Below, piece by piece: positions 53,315 through 64,000 of a stretch of 64,000 bases of DNA. The stretch comes from a virus. Taxonomy: Duplodnaviria > Heunggongvirae > Uroviricota > Caudoviricetes. Within the stretch, counting starts at the first letter, position 1, and each line of letters begins with the position of its first letter. The DNA lies in the IMG/VR virus record IMGVR_UViG_3300024268_000010; one strand, given 5' to 3'. Under the pieces are notes generated by a model. It made no database searches, was not told the origin of the DNA, and saw nothing but the letters and a program-made list of their open reading frames with translations. The translations under genes and the position numbers were made by a program.

Positions 53315-53581
53315 ATGAATCTGAATGAAAAAGACACGAGAAAGAGTCGCCTTATTTTTGACGCAAAAATTGCGAGAAAATTGCTCAAACAAGGTTTTGT
53401 TGTAATTGATATTAAGCCAAATAGAGAAAATACCGATAAGAGTATTTTTGTGTTTGAGAACACGGAAGAGTTTAAGACGGCACTGACAAAAATTATGGAA
53501 GAGCTTAAAGAAAAAAAGGTAGAAGACAAAATTGAAGTTGATGTTGATGTAAATTTTGAAGTCTCATATGAGATAAAATAA
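53315..53581 (+). CDS. DUF5659-like protein
   Basis: IFDAKIARKLL..GF...DIKPN...SIFVFENT. Confidence 0.7.
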   Translation: MNLNEKDTRKSRLIFDAKIARKLLKQGFVVIDIKPNRENTDKSIFVFENTEEFKTALTKIMEELKEKKVEDKIEVDVDVNFEVSYEIK

Positions 53582-53616
53582 TTACTCCTTAAATATATCA
53601 GAATGGAGTGATATCT

Positions 53617-54873
53617 ATGGCAAAAGCAATGGGCAGTAAAAAGCCAATGACCATGGCAAAAGACCCTGTTCCAGAATATGTTTGTCCACATTGTGGAGAA
53701 TCAAAAAAGAAAACTTCTTTTTATATGTCTTCTGACCCAGCAGTGTCAATTGGAATTGCGTTTCCTTGCAAAGAGTGCTCCGAAAAAATTGCTCGCAGAT
53801 ATGACCCAAAGACAGGTTCTTATTCAGATGTAACTGAAAGTTCATTAAAGAATGCGCTGATGTATTTGGATAAACCGTTTATTAAAACCCTATGGGATAC
53901 TGCATATAAAGAAGTGCATGACGAAACATTGAAGCAACCGAAGCACAATATGTGGGCGTCGTACATTAAAAATGTGCAAATGAAAAATTACAAAACCATG
54001 CGATGGAGAGATGGCGACTTTGATGATGTAAATGTTAATGAGGAAATTCACTCCAATACAGTTGCTATGCCACAAAATCAAGAGGTATTAGATGAATTTG
54101 AAAAGAACCGCAAGGATGTTATTAGGTTGATTGGCTATGATCCATTTGACAAAGAAGCGGAAGAAGATAAACCTCTTCTTTATGCACAGTTAATTGGTTA
54201 TATAGACGGTGATGGTAATAACGATGACATGACTCGTATTCTTGACTGCATTGAAATTGTGCGTGGTTATTTACAATTGCAAAAAGTTAATGATATGTCT
54301 GCAAAAGCATTTGCTAACTTAGCAAAAACTGGACAATCTGGTGAAATTAAAAATTTGATGGATACCAAAAAGAAACTTGCCGATGTTATTAGTCAGCTTG
54401 CTGAACAAAGTTGTATTAGTCAGAAACATAATAAAAATGCCAAAAAAGGTGAAAACACTTGGACTGGTAAAATTAAAATGCTTCAAGATTTGAGTTTGCG
54501 AGAAGCTGAAAATAATGGTTTTGATATTGGCACATGTCGTGGCATGCAACAAGTGTTAGAAATTAGTGACGCATCAATTATGAAGCAGTTAGCACTTGAT
54601 GAATCTGAGTGGTCAGATATGGTTGCACAACAACGGCAAAAAATTGTTGACTTACAATCACAAAGAGATATATATAAAGAAATTAACAGAATTCTTTTAA
54701 GAGAAAATATTGATTTAAGAGATACTTTATCAGAAAACGACTTGCTTGATGAATCAAATCTACAAAATTTAAAACAACTCTTCTCTGTTTTCTCAGAAAT
54801 AGAAAAAGACAACGAAGAGGATGATGAAGATTTGTCAGAAGATACATCTAGTGAGGTGGATACTGATGAATGA
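53617..54873 (+). CDS. Zinc-finger protein upstream of large terminase (probable small terminase)
   Basis: CPHC...FY.S...CKEC; coiled C-terminus; position. Confidence 0.65.
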   Translation: MAKAMGSKKPMTMAKDPVPEYVCPHCGESKKKTSFYMSSDPAVSIGIAFPCKECSEKIARRYDPKTGSYSDVTESSLKNALMYLDKPFIKTLWDTAYKEVHDETLKQPKHNMWASYIKNVQMKNYKTMRWRDGDFDDVNVNEEIHSNTVAMPQNQEVLDEFEKNRKDVIRLIGYDPFDKEAEEDKPLLYAQLIGYIDGDGNNDDMTRILDCIEIVRGYLQLQKVNDMSAKAFANLAKTGQSGEIKNLMDTKKKLADVISQLAEQSCISQKHNKNAKKGENTWTGKIKMLQDLSLREAENNGFDIGTCRGMQQVLEISDASIMKQLALDESEWSDMVAQQRQKIVDLQSQRDIYKEINRILLRENIDLRDTLSENDLLDESNLQNLKQLFSVFSEIEKDNEEDDEDLSEDTSSEVDTDE

Positions 54874-56926
54874 TTTCAATATTAAAGATTATAAATTTAA
54901 GATTATAGAAAACATGGATGATGCAGATGTTATGCGTATGTTTTCAAGTGACAATGCTGTTTACGTCAAGCCTGGCGTGTACGCTATGTCCACAAGAAAG
55001 CTTGAGGCATTAATTAAAATATCATACATTCAGAAATATTATCAATGTAATCCTGTTAGATTTATTGATAATTTTTTTAATATTGAATTGTTAGACGCAC
55101 AGGCTTATATTGTGCAAAGAACTTGGAATTGTCCAAATGTATTAGTGCTTGCTAGCCGTGGTTTTGGTAAAAGTACGGTTATAGATTTAATTCTGATGGC
55201 AAAGCATATGTTGTTTTCAAACATATGGACATATATTGCTTCTGGTACAGGTGGACAGGCAGAGCAAACATTTACCAAATTGGAGCAAATCGCCAATGAC
55301 GGCATTGATGAAATGAAAGGTTCTACTGGATATATCTTTAAGAACGAAGTTTCCATTAATAATGCTGCCGGAGATGGATTTAGCCATGGAAGTAATGGTT
55401 TTAAGTATACACTGTACAATGGATCGTTCACTCAAACATTGAACTCAAATATCGACGCCAAACGTGGCGCTCGTGGTTCTGTAGTTTTCGACGAGTGTGG
55501 TTTTCTATCCGACGAAATGATTAACGTTTATGGCGCATTTGCTGCAGTTAACAAAAACTTTGCGTCAGGTAAAGATAGAGACGGTCATTCTATTGACCCA
55601 ATTCGTTTAAGAACGTTTCCAACAAACATTCCTAACCAAAAATTTTATATCAGTTCTGCTTCGGATACTAGTACGAAGTTTTATAGGCTTTATAGAGAGT
55701 TTTCTAAAAAGCAAATCATGGGTGATAGAGATTATTGTGTGATTCAGGTTGACTGTGATGTTGTATTAAATCCGACAATACATGGTGAAGTTGTTAATGC
55801 ACTTTTGTCTCGTAGTACGATTGAGTCTGAAATGCAGACAAACCCAGAAAAGGCACGTAGAGAATACTATTGCCAATTCACATCTGACGCCGGGGCGGCA
55901 GCCATTATCAAGCGTGGTGTTATTGCTAGAAATAGTGAAACAAGAGTGCCTTTGTTATATAATGACACAAATAAAAAGAAGTTTGTGCTTTGTTATGACC
56001 CGGCAAGAAGTCGAGATAATAGTATTATTTTGATAATGGAGATTTATATAGATCCATCAACACAAGAGTACAAAGGAAGAATCGTAAACTGTGTCAATTT
56101 AATTGATATAGGTAAAAAACGAAAAACTCCTATGCAAACACCTGACCAGGTTCAATATTTAAAGGAACTTATCCTTGCATACAATGGAGATGCTCCTGAT
56201 TATGAGAATATTGAAGCAGTTATGATAGATGCTGGTTCTGGTGGTGGCGGTGTTAATATTGCAGACTATTTGATGGAAGATTGGGTTGATGATAGAGGCA
56301 AAACTCATCGTGGTTTGATTGATAAAGAATATAGTGCGGACTATGTTAGTAAATATCCAAATGCCGTTGATAAGGTCAGACTTATGTCACCTTCTCAATT
56401 TAAATCAATGATGTGCGAAGCACTTATTGAAATGATGAATATGGATTTAATTAGTTTAACCACTGATTATGATAATAAGGGATATTTAACAATATTTGAA
56501 ACCGACGAAAAGGAACTTAATAAAGAGAAAAAGAGAATTGAAGAAGAATTAAAAAAACAAAAAGTTCCAGATGATGAAATTCCAACGAAAACACGAGAGT
56601 TGTTAAAAGAGGCTTCTTGTGTAAAAACAAAAATCGTTAAATTGGACTACTATCAAGAAATTGCGCTCAGTAATATTGACGCTCTTAAAGAAGAGATGGT
56701 TAATATTGTTCGTAAAAAGCGTGATAGTGGTAAAGACTCTTTTGATCTAACACCCGAAAAACAAAATCAGTTACATGATGACCGTTTTTATTGCGCTTGT
56801 TTGGCAGCCTATTATTTGTCTGAGAAGCGCAGAGAAAATATTGTTAAAAGAAAACCAATAGAAGATTTTAATCAATTCTTTGAATTTAGGCGTCCTAAGG
56901 CGACGCATAGTTATTTTAATCGCTAA
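54866..56926 (+). CDS. terL: Terminase large subunit
   Basis: ASRGFGKS Walker A, VVFDE Walker B, ISSA, YDPA..D, HDDRF. Confidence 0.92.
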   Translation: MNDFNIKDYKFKIIENMDDADVMRMFSSDNAVYVKPGVYAMSTRKLEALIKISYIQKYYQCNPVRFIDNFFNIELLDAQAYIVQRTWNCPNVLVLASRGFGKSTVIDLILMAKHMLFSNIWTYIASGTGGQAEQTFTKLEQIANDGIDEMKGSTGYIFKNEVSINNAAGDGFSHGSNGFKYTLYNGSFTQTLNSNIDAKRGARGSVVFDECGFLSDEMINVYGAFAAVNKNFASGKDRDGHSIDPIRLRTFPTNIPNQKFYISSASDTSTKFYRLYREFSKKQIMGDRDYCVIQVDCDVVLNPTIHGEVVNALLSRSTIESEMQTNPEKARREYYCQFTSDAGAAAIIKRGVIARNSETRVPLLYNDTNKKKFVLCYDPARSRDNSIILIMEIYIDPSTQEYKGRIVNCVNLIDIGKKRKTPMQTPDQVQYLKELILAYNGDAPDYENIEAVMIDAGSGGGGVNIADYLMEDWVDDRGKTHRGLIDKEYSADYVSKYPNAVDKVRLMSPSQFKSMMCEALIEMMNMDLISLTTDYDNKGYLTIFETDEKELNKEKKRIEEELKKQKVPDDEIPTKTRELLKEASCVKTKIVKLDYYQEIALSNIDALKEEMVNIVRKKRDSGKDSFDLTPEKQNQLHDDRFYCACLAAYYLSEKRRENIVKRKPIEDFNQFFEFRRPKATHSYFNR

Positions 56927-56944
56927 AGAAAGGAGGCAGATTAT

Positions 56945-58465
56945 ATGGCAGAAAAGCAAAAAGTAATCAAAGAGCAAAAGGAACAATTGAATTTTACCGA
57001 GATGGCAGAGAATATGAAGCAATTTGCCAAAGCGATGGATGACATCTTGCAGCTTACAGATTTGACAGCCAATGGTACAAAAACATGGACTGTATTTGAT
57101 AAAGAAGCACTACGTTCCTATATGCAGAACCCATACGCAGCAAGTTCACAAACTTCTCTGCGTAATTTAGCGAGATTTTTATATACACTATCATTCCCAT
57201 TACGTAGAATTGTAAATTATTTTGCCAGCCTTCCTGACTTTAGTGCTTACAAAGTAAATTTAGATTTTAGTCTAATTGAAGACAATGATGAAGAGTCTAT
57301 GCTTCAAGACTACGAAAACGCATGTAGATTTATTCGTAAAATGAATCTAACACTTAATATGTTTAAACTGTTAGTTATAGCATGGCGTGAAGGAATTGTT
57401 TATTTTCAACCGTATCAGGACGATGATGGTACAATGCTATTGTTTCCATTGGACTCACAATATTGCAAGGTGAGTTCGGTTGGATACAATGGATTACTTC
57501 ATGTGGCTTTTGACTTTTCATTCTTCCGTGGAACAAATGCATTCTACTTGGAAGTATGGGACAAGGAATATAAACAAAAGTACAACAAATTCGAAGGTGA
57601 CACTTCGTTGCGTTGGCAGGAACTTGAAACGGCAAGGGCGTTCAAGATCGATATTGCAGATAGTGATTTGGTGATTAGTCCATTTGCGTCGTTATTTGAA
57701 GGCTTGATTGACCTTATTGACTTACAATCATTGATTGCAATTAAAGATTCTTTGGATATTTACAAGTTGCTAGTTATGAAAATACCGTTGTTAAATAGTA
57801 AAAATCCAGACGACATGGCTATTAACTTAAATCTTGCAAAGAAGTTCTTTAACTTAGCACTTGAGAGTTTGCCACCAGAAATTGGACTTATTTTGTCACC
57901 GGGTATGGATGTTGATAGTATTTCGTTTGATAAAAACGCAACATCAGATACAAATGCTATTGCAGATAGTTATCAGAACCTAATGGAACAGACTGGTATT
58001 AGTCAAATATTCGACTCAAGCCGTTTAACTGGTGCCTCATCGGTTATGATGAGTATGCTATCCGACGCATTGATGGCAACAAAGGGAATTATGGAACAAG
58101 TTGCGGCATTTGTAAATGAACGCATACAAATGGAATTTCCTAACTCGATGGCTTATATTAAGTTTATTGATGTTACCACATATGATAAAAAAGACAGAAT
58201 TAATACTGTTAAGGAGGCAGCCTCACTTGGTTTGCCTGTTAAGCAAGAGTATATGACATTGCTTGGTTATGATCCGTTGGAGACTATGGCATCTGATTGG
58301 TTGGAAACAAAACTTAGTATGGCTGTAACGACATTCATACATCCTCTTGTTAGTTCTCATACACAGGGGGCAGGGTCTGACACAGGTGGAGCACCAACTA
58401 AAAAAGACGGTGATTTGTCCGATAGTGGTGCAGAGACAAAAGATAAAGAAAAGAATAAAAAATAA
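56945..58465 (+). CDS. Portal protein
   Basis: 506 aa directly after TerL; GGAP C-terminus. Confidence 0.8.
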   Translation: MAEKQKVIKEQKEQLNFTEMAENMKQFAKAMDDILQLTDLTANGTKTWTVFDKEALRSYMQNPYAASSQTSLRNLARFLYTLSFPLRRIVNYFASLPDFSAYKVNLDFSLIEDNDEESMLQDYENACRFIRKMNLTLNMFKLLVIAWREGIVYFQPYQDDDGTMLLFPLDSQYCKVSSVGYNGLLHVAFDFSFFRGTNAFYLEVWDKEYKQKYNKFEGDTSLRWQELETARAFKIDIADSDLVISPFASLFEGLIDLIDLQSLIAIKDSLDIYKLLVMKIPLLNSKNPDDMAINLNLAKKFFNLALESLPPEIGLILSPGMDVDSISFDKNATSDTNAIADSYQNLMEQTGISQIFDSSRLTGASSVMMSMLSDALMATKGIMEQVAAFVNERIQMEFPNSMAYIKFIDVTTYDKKDRINTVKEAASLGLPVKQEYMTLLGYDPLETMASDWLETKLSMAVTTFIHPLVSSHTQGAGSDTGGAPTKKDGDLSDSGAETKDKEKNKK

Positions 58466-58481
58466 TTATGGAGGAATAACC

Positions 58482-58664
58482 ATGAACCAAAAATTTATTA
58501 TTGTGCAAGATGAAGCTACTGCTAACACATTAATTGCTAGTGGTTTTCAGTTAATTTCTCACATAAATGGAATATATACATTTATGAATATAACTCCTAA
58601 ACATTTTAATTTTAATGATGTTAATGTTAAGAAGTTGGTGTACACCAACATGTTAGCTATATAA
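58482..58664 (+). CDS. Small hypothetical protein
   Basis: KFI...D..TA..L...GF.L; GGAGG. Confidence 0.65.
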   Translation: MNQKFIIVQDEATANTLIASGFQLISHINGIYTFMNITPKHFNFNDVNVKKLVYTNMLAI

Positions 58665-58716
58665 TCTCTTTTCCAGGGTTTAATATAGATATCTTAGTGG
58701 AAAGGAGGATGACATA

Positions 58717-60327
58717 ATGGCTAAACAAATTTTAACACTTGATAATTTATATCAGTTTTATGTACAACAAGATAAAACTGTGAATTTTAGTTCCAAAGAA
58801 TCTGGTATGCCCATTGTTGTTACGACAAATGGACTTTTTGATGCAAGTGAGAGTGATATGCCAGGCATGCTTAAATTATGTTTAAAAGTATGTCATATTG
58901 ATACGAATCGTAATGGTTCTCATATTTCCAAGGAAAACATGGAAAAAGCAATGCCAACATTGAAGTATCGTCCTATTCTTGCCTACATTCATGAACTTGA
59001 AGATGGTACCAAAGATTTTTATGCTCATAATATGGAAATTGTTGAGAACGAAAATGGCGAGACTGAAATGAAGTATATTGAAAAGCAGGTTGGATGCTTT
59101 ACAGCAGACGCACCATGGTTAGAGTATGATACAGATATGGGTAAGACATATGTGAGAGCATATGCTGTCATTCCAGAACAATATACAGAGACAGCAGATA
59201 TTATTCGTAGAAAGAATGGTACCAAGGTTAGTTGCGAACTTGTAATTAATGAACTTTCTTATAATGCCAAAGAAAAATATCTCGATTTGACAGATTTTTA
59301 CTTTGGTGGAACAACTCTTCTTGGAGTTGACGAAGAAGGTAAAGAGATAGGTGAGGGCATGCTAGGCTCAAGGGCAGATATAACTGATTTCTGCCACAAA
59401 GAACCTGTATTTACATATCAGGACAAAATGATTGAAGTATTAGAAAAGCTAAATACAACTTTATCTAATTTCAATACAAATACACAGAAAGGAGGAAATG
59501 AGAAGATGAATAAGTTTGAAGAGTTGCTTGCGCAATATAGCAAGACTGTCGAAGATGTAACATTTGAAATTGAAGGCCTTTCTGATGAAGAACTTGAAGC
59601 AAAGTTTGCTGAAGTATTTGGTAAACATATGGAAGGTACTGACAACTTTGCTAATGGCGGTTCAGACACCGATAATGGTGAGCCTGCAACACCAGTTGTA
59701 GAAAAATTTGTCAAGACATTTACTGTAGAACTTTCTCACGAAGATGTAAGATATGCTCTTTATAATCTAATTGACGTCTACGATGAAGAAGATAACGAAT
59801 GGTATAGTATTAGATCTGTATATGATAACTATTTCTACATGTATGGATGGCATACGAACAAATTGTACAAGGTTGGCTATTCTATTGATGGTGAAAATGT
59901 GTCTCTTACCGGAGATAAACAGGAAATGTTTGAAATTATAGTTTCAGAAGCAGAAAAGCAAGCCATTGAGAGCATGAGAGAAAATTATACATCTCTTGAA
60001 GAAAAGTATAAAGAACTCAAAGTATTTAAGGACAACTATGATGCTATGGAACTAAAAGCCAAGAAGGATGCAATCTTTGCAAGATCAGAATATTCTATTC
60101 TTGCTGAAGATGAGGCTTTCCAAACACTTATTTCTGAAGCAGATAAATATTCTGTGGATGAAATCGAAACAAAAGCAGATGTAATATTTGCAAAATTTGT
60201 TAAGGCAAACGGTGAATATTCTGCAAAGAATGAACCGAGCAAGCCAAAAACTGTTGGTTTTAATTTTAATGCAAAACCAAGCAAGAAGAAGACCGCATAT
60301 GGTGGACTTTTTGCAGATGATGAATAA
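58717..60327 (+). CDS. Prohead protease fused to scaffold
   Basis: H...NRNGS, KVSCEL, acidic coiled-coil C-half; position. Confidence 0.78.
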   Translation: MAKQILTLDNLYQFYVQQDKTVNFSSKESGMPIVVTTNGLFDASESDMPGMLKLCLKVCHIDTNRNGSHISKENMEKAMPTLKYRPILAYIHELEDGTKDFYAHNMEIVENENGETEMKYIEKQVGCFTADAPWLEYDTDMGKTYVRAYAVIPEQYTETADIIRRKNGTKVSCELVINELSYNAKEKYLDLTDFYFGGTTLLGVDEEGKEIGEGMLGSRADITDFCHKEPVFTYQDKMIEVLEKLNTTLSNFNTNTQKGGNEKMNKFEELLAQYSKTVEDVTFEIEGLSDEELEAKFAEVFGKHMEGTDNFANGGSDTDNGEPATPVVEKFVKTFTVELSHEDVRYALYNLIDVYDEEDNEWYSIRSVYDNYFYMYGWHTNKLYKVGYSIDGENVSLTGDKQEMFEIIVSEAEKQAIESMRENYTSLEEKYKELKVFKDNYDAMELKAKKDAIFARSEYSILAEDEAFQTLISEADKYSVDEIETKADVIFAKFVKANGEYSAKNEPSKPKTVGFNFNAKPSKKKTAYGGLFADDE

Positions 60328-60339
60328 CTTTAAACATTT

Positions 60340-60363
60340 AGCGGCGCTTAATGCCGTTTTTTT
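60340..60363 (+). terminator. Intrinsic terminator-like hairpin
   Basis: GCGGCG-CTTAA-TGCCGT-TTTTTT. Confidence 0.6.
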
Positions 60364-60407
60364 GTTATACAAACACTTTTAATTTAAGAAAGGAATGGAT
60401 TTAAATT

Positions 60408-60914
60408 ATGGCTCAGGATATGAATTTAGATGTAAAGCATATTGTTGCTGAATCCACCAATATTTTAAGCACTAACTTTGGTGGCGGTCATATTTATAGT
60501 ATCACTATTGGTGAAGACATGGATAATGGCCTTATTGTATGCAGAGACGAGTATCTCGGTGATGAAACTTGGTCTGCTAAAGATTATGTTGCAGGTGAGG
60601 AACCTCTCTTCCTTCTTGCTCCCCCTATTGTTCCCTTTACTCAACTTAAGGGTTACGCAGATGAAGACAGATTTTACAACAAGAATGGCGACAGAGTTCG
60701 TGCATATACTCTTCGTGTAGGCGACAGAGTTTCTCTTTCTGAGAATGCTTTTGAGGTTGCTCCTTCTGTTGGTCAGTATGTAACTTATGATCCATCTGTA
60801 AAGCAGTATGCTGTTGGTGACGCAATTGACAGCACACAGTTATGTGCACAGGTACTTACTAAGATTCCTCGTAGCAATCTTACTATGTACAAACTGCAGA
60901 TTGTAAATCTTTAA
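60408..60914 (+). CDS. Head decoration/cement protein (putative)
   Basis: 168 aa between scaffold and capsid; DNG, FYN..G..RAY.L..GD. Confidence 0.65.
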   Translation: MAQDMNLDVKHIVAESTNILSTNFGGGHIYSITIGEDMDNGLIVCRDEYLGDETWSAKDYVAGEEPLFLLAPPIVPFTQLKGYADEDRFYNKNGDRVRAYTLRVGDRVSLSENAFEVAPSVGQYVTYDPSVKQYAVGDAIDSTQLCAQVLTKIPRSNLTMYKLQIVNL

Positions 60915-60941
60915 TTTTGTGGAAAAGGAGGATGAAATACT

Positions 60942-62057
60942 ATGGCTAAATTGATGAATTTTGACGCGCATGTTCGTGCAATTTTTGAAAACAACGAAGA
61001 AAAATTTGCTGGTTTTAATCAGCTTATGCTTAATGCGGCAGCAAACAACTACGAAGAAGGCTTTACCGCTAAGGACGCTAATGAAAAAATTAGAAAGATT
61101 TTCAGACAGACAATCGGTGTTTCCGACACTGCTTCTAAACTTGAAGTGCGTAAGGCTATCAAGAAGAGAGAAAATGCAAACCGTCTTTTCGATCTTATTG
61201 AAGAACTTGTTCCTAACCTTCTTAAGACCGGTTGGGCAGAAAACCCTTTCTTCAGAGAATTTGTTGAAGAAAGATACCTTGATGAAGGTGACGAAAATAT
61301 CTTCTATGCAGAAGACAACTCTGTTCTTACTGTAAGCAAGGTTTCTGGTTCTCACTGGGATCTTGACCGTCAGAGACTCGGTAAAGGCTCTAGCTTCTCT
61401 ATCGAAACTTCTGAATACGGTATTGCTATTTACAGTGAATATGAAAAACTTATCTGTGGTCTTGAAGACTTCTCTACATTTATTACCAAGATCTATGAAG
61501 CAATTGACAGATTCGTAAATGAAGCAATCTATCAGGCATTCCTTGATGCTGCAGAAAAACTTCCCGGTGGTGCGTCTGGTGCAGGTCAGTGGGTTAAGAC
61601 TGGTCCGATCGATGACACAACTAGAAGCACTCTTGTTCAGCTCGTAGAAGATGTTCAGATGGCTACTGGCGCAAACGAAGTAGTTATTATGGGTACAAAG
61701 GCAGCACTTGCTAAAGTTACTGGTCTACAGAATGTAGAATGGATTTCCGAAGATATGAAGAAAGAACGTCACACAACTGGCAGAATTGGTATGTGGGAAG
61801 GCGTGCGTTTGGTGGAATTACGCAACGGATTCGTTCTTGGCGACACAACTAAGAAACTTATCGACGATAAGATTCTATTCATTATGCCTGTTATGGACAA
61901 CAAGTTCGTTAAACTTGTCAACAGAGGCGAAGATCAGCTTAGAGAAGTTCAGGATAAGACTCTTAACCAGGATATGACATATGATTACAGATATATGTTC
62001 CAGATGGGTGTTGGTGTTATTATCAACCTTATCTTCGGTGAATGGATTATCGCGTAA
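60942..62057 (+). CDS. Major capsid protein
   Basis: 371 aa; highly biased codons; position; HK97-like P-domain pattern. Confidence 0.85.
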   Translation: MAKLMNFDAHVRAIFENNEEKFAGFNQLMLNAAANNYEEGFTAKDANEKIRKIFRQTIGVSDTASKLEVRKAIKKRENANRLFDLIEELVPNLLKTGWAENPFFREFVEERYLDEGDENIFYAEDNSVLTVSKVSGSHWDLDRQRLGKGSSFSIETSEYGIAIYSEYEKLICGLEDFSTFITKIYEAIDRFVNEAIYQAFLDAAEKLPGGASGAGQWVKTGPIDDTTRSTLVQLVEDVQMATGANEVVIMGTKAALAKVTGLQNVEWISEDMKKERHTTGRIGMWEGVRLVELRNGFVLGDTTKKLIDDKILFIMPVMDNKFVKLVNRGEDQLREVQDKTLNQDMTYDYRYMFQMGVGVIINLIFGEWIIA

Positions 62058-62087
62058 TAAACATACAGATCAAAAGGAGAAATTATT

Positions 62088-62636
62088 ATGGCAAAAAACG
62101 ATGTAGAAAAGATTGAATTAGATTTAGACGAAGAGAATGAAGTAAAAATTGAAAAACCAAAGAAGTCTATTGCAAAGGCAATTAAAAAGTATGCGCCAAA
62201 TGACATGATTTCTTGTCGTAGCATTACTTATGGTGAATTACTTCTTCCTGGTACGAAGTCCAAAATGTTATACACATGGGCTAACTACGGTGATAGAACG
62301 GATGTTGAGTTTCAAGATCTTCAGGCACTCAAGTCTACTAAATCTACTTATTTGTTTAAACCGAGATTTATTATCGAAGACGAAGAACTTGTTGAGCAGT
62401 GGCAAAATGATTTAGGTAAGATATACGATGATATTATTGCAACTGATGTTGAAGCATTGTTTAAACTTCCTACTGCACAGTTGAAAGCAAAACTTAAAAA
62501 AGCTCCAACTGGCATTCAGCAAGCAGTTAAAAATATTGCTGGCGAGAAAATTATGAATGGCACTCTTGATAGTTTGGCAAAAATTAAGGCAATTGACGAG
62601 ATTTTAAATACGGATTTAAAACTTTACATTTCATAA
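62088..62636 (+). CDS. Virion or head-completion protein (putative)
   Basis: After capsid; Y.W..YGD, LDSL.KI. Confidence 0.6.
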   Translation: MAKNDVEKIELDLDEENEVKIEKPKKSIAKAIKKYAPNDMISCRSITYGELLLPGTKSKMLYTWANYGDRTDVEFQDLQALKSTKSTYLFKPRFIIEDEELVEQWQNDLGKIYDDIIATDVEALFKLPTAQLKAKLKKAPTGIQQAVKNIAGEKIMNGTLDSLAKIKAIDEILNTDLKLYIS

Positions 62637-62653
62637 TTTGGAGGTGAACCTAT

Positions 62654-63076
62654 ATGGGTACTCCATATGAAAAACTGTATAATCGTGCGTTAGCACAGAT
62701 TACGGATCCTCTGCTTGCACAATTGCCAGAAGAGGATTTGGAAAACATGCTCCATGATTGGCTGATGGATGCAATTGTAGAACCTGTTATTGGTGAATAT
62801 GATTTTTCAGATAGGGATGATAAATTAAAACAATTCAATTTTGATATCTCTGAACGAGATCAGAAAATCTTATCTATTCATATGGTAAGAGGATGGCTTG
62901 CTCCCCAGATCAGATCTGTTACATTAACAAGTCAAGTATTTGGTGGCAAAGAAGAAAAATTCTATGCCCAAGCCAACCAATTAGCAGAAATGAGAGCGCT
63001 TGACGCAGACCTTCAGCGTCAGGCGGACTTGCTTTTCTGTCGTGGAACATATTTGAAGAATGACTTTTTTGATTGA
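62654..63076 (+). CDS. Head-tail adaptor (putative)
   Basis: TPY..LY..AL..ITD...F..QAN.L. Confidence 0.65.
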   Translation: MGTPYEKLYNRALAQITDPLLAQLPEEDLENMLHDWLMDAIVEPVIGEYDFSDRDDKLKQFNFDISERDQKILSIHMVRGWLAPQIRSVTLTSQVFGGKEEKFYAQANQLAEMRALDADLQRQADLLFCRGTYLKNDFFD

Positions 63077-63087
63077 GGTGCATTATA

Positions 63088-63390
63088 ATGGGAAATATTT
63101 ATAAAAATGTACCGTCGAATCAGATTGAAAAACAAAAGTGCTACTTTTATGGTAGCCTTGTAGATTTACTCTACAAAAGGGAGGAAGGCTATCCTATGAT
63201 GGACGCCAGAATCCAAAGCTTGATAAATCAAATAATGGGCAGTAATGCTCTTTTTAACTTTCAAGCAGAAATTCTTACCATTGTAAGTAATTTGGAAACG
63301 GCTCGAAGAGACCCATCTCAGTTCCGTAAATGTATTCTAGACGCCGCAAATTTAGTGAACAAACTCAAGGGTGGTGCGTTGGATGTTTGA
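63088..63390 (+). CDS. Hypothetical head-module protein
   Basis: FRKCILD; start after GAGG. Confidence 0.6.
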   Translation: MGNIYKNVPSNQIEKQKCYFYGSLVDLLYKREEGYPMMDARIQSLINQIMGSNALFNFQAEILTIVSNLETARRDPSQFRKCILDAANLVNKLKGGALDV

Positions 63391-64000
63391 GTCTTATAAA
63401 AATCGTATGACAATGCACGGAACTACTATGAGTGAAGTGTTGAGAAAACAATCTCATAGCATAATTGAGTATACATGGGACAGAGATCCAAATTATCGGC
63501 AAGTTTATGTGGTAAAGGTTAACAGTGGTTTACCAGAAGTTACATCAGAACATAAGTTAATTGATGCAAAGTTTAATATTAAAACTTATTCTAATATCAC
63601 ATCAGACGAGCCATCTTATTTGTTACAATTTCGATATGGCGAAGAAAAGCGTCATTCAGAGATTGACATAGGAAGTTATGTTTATATACAAGATGAAGAT
63701 GGTGAGTGGAAATGGTGGATGATTCAACATTTAGATGAACGTCCAGATTTTAGACAGTATCAAATTTTAGAATGTAATTATACATTTAGGTGGGTTACTG
63801 ATGGTAAGATTTATAGTTGTTTAGGTATACAACGAGTACAGCAAAGTTACAATAGCGGCTCGTGGGATGGTGATAGATTCACATTTGTGGACAATATTAC
63901 ATCTGCTATCTTGCCAACTAATAACGACACTCTTACAATAGGTTATAATCATAGATTTATGATTACAGACCCGAGACGAGTTGTACCTCTTGTGTGGACA
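63383..64000 (+). CDS. Head closure/neck protein (putative), truncated by window edge
   Basis: MFESYKNRM... open to the end; W.I...Y.ILECNY.FRW. Confidence 0.6.
   Translation, partial: MFESYKNRMTMHGTTMSEVLRKQSHSIIEYTWDRDPNYRQVYVVKVNSGLPEVTSEHKLIDAKFNIKTYSNITSDEPSYLLQFRYGEEKRHSEIDIGSYVYIQDEDGEWKWWMIQHLDERPDFRQYQILECNYTFRWVTDGKIYSCLGIQRVQQSYNSGSWDGDRFTFVDNITSAILPTNNDTLTIGYNHRFMITDPRRVVPLVWT

Noticed and set aside
54866..56926. Intein or intron in the 686-aa terminase
   Set aside because: Frame is continuous; no intein terminal motifs or LAGLIDADG blocks seen.
1..64000. Stop-codon reassignment
   Set aside because: Large genes are intact in code 11; TAA, TGA and TAG all end genes; no suppressor tRNA.

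Overview
64-kb segment of a large, AT-rich, temperate SPbeta-like siphovirus (or its prophage) of a Bacillota host; standard genetic code. Left arm (minus strand, 1-36333): DnaB helicase, AAA ATPase, SSB-like protein, MrpR/YopR-like repressor, intact tyrosine recombinase, two methyltransferases, then about 70 small accessory/early genes. A G-poor non-coding divergence region (36.45-37.2 kb) and an iteron-like origin candidate follow. Right arm (plus strand): small accessory genes, a YonO-like single-subunit RNA polymerase, 7 tRNAs plus a tRNA-like element, HU, a phosphoesterase and the head module (terminase, portal, protease/scaffold, capsid, head completion). The most notable feature is the GC-rich promoter-proximal end of the left arm (31.5-36.4 kb). 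Nearly every intergenic gap there carries a self-cleaving ribozyme: twister, pistol, two type III hammerheads and two HDV-like, i.e. 6 ribozymes of 4 classes. Most are paired with a repeated, covarying 29-nt pseudoknot and a hairpin abutting the RBS, and two further gaps hold structured RNAs I cannot assign. A 17-bp operator-like motif occurs at least 17 times across the window. All RNA structures were folded by eye and all protein family calls come from motif recognition; no searches were run. Several start codons were moved from the ORF track to the ATG with a visible RBS.
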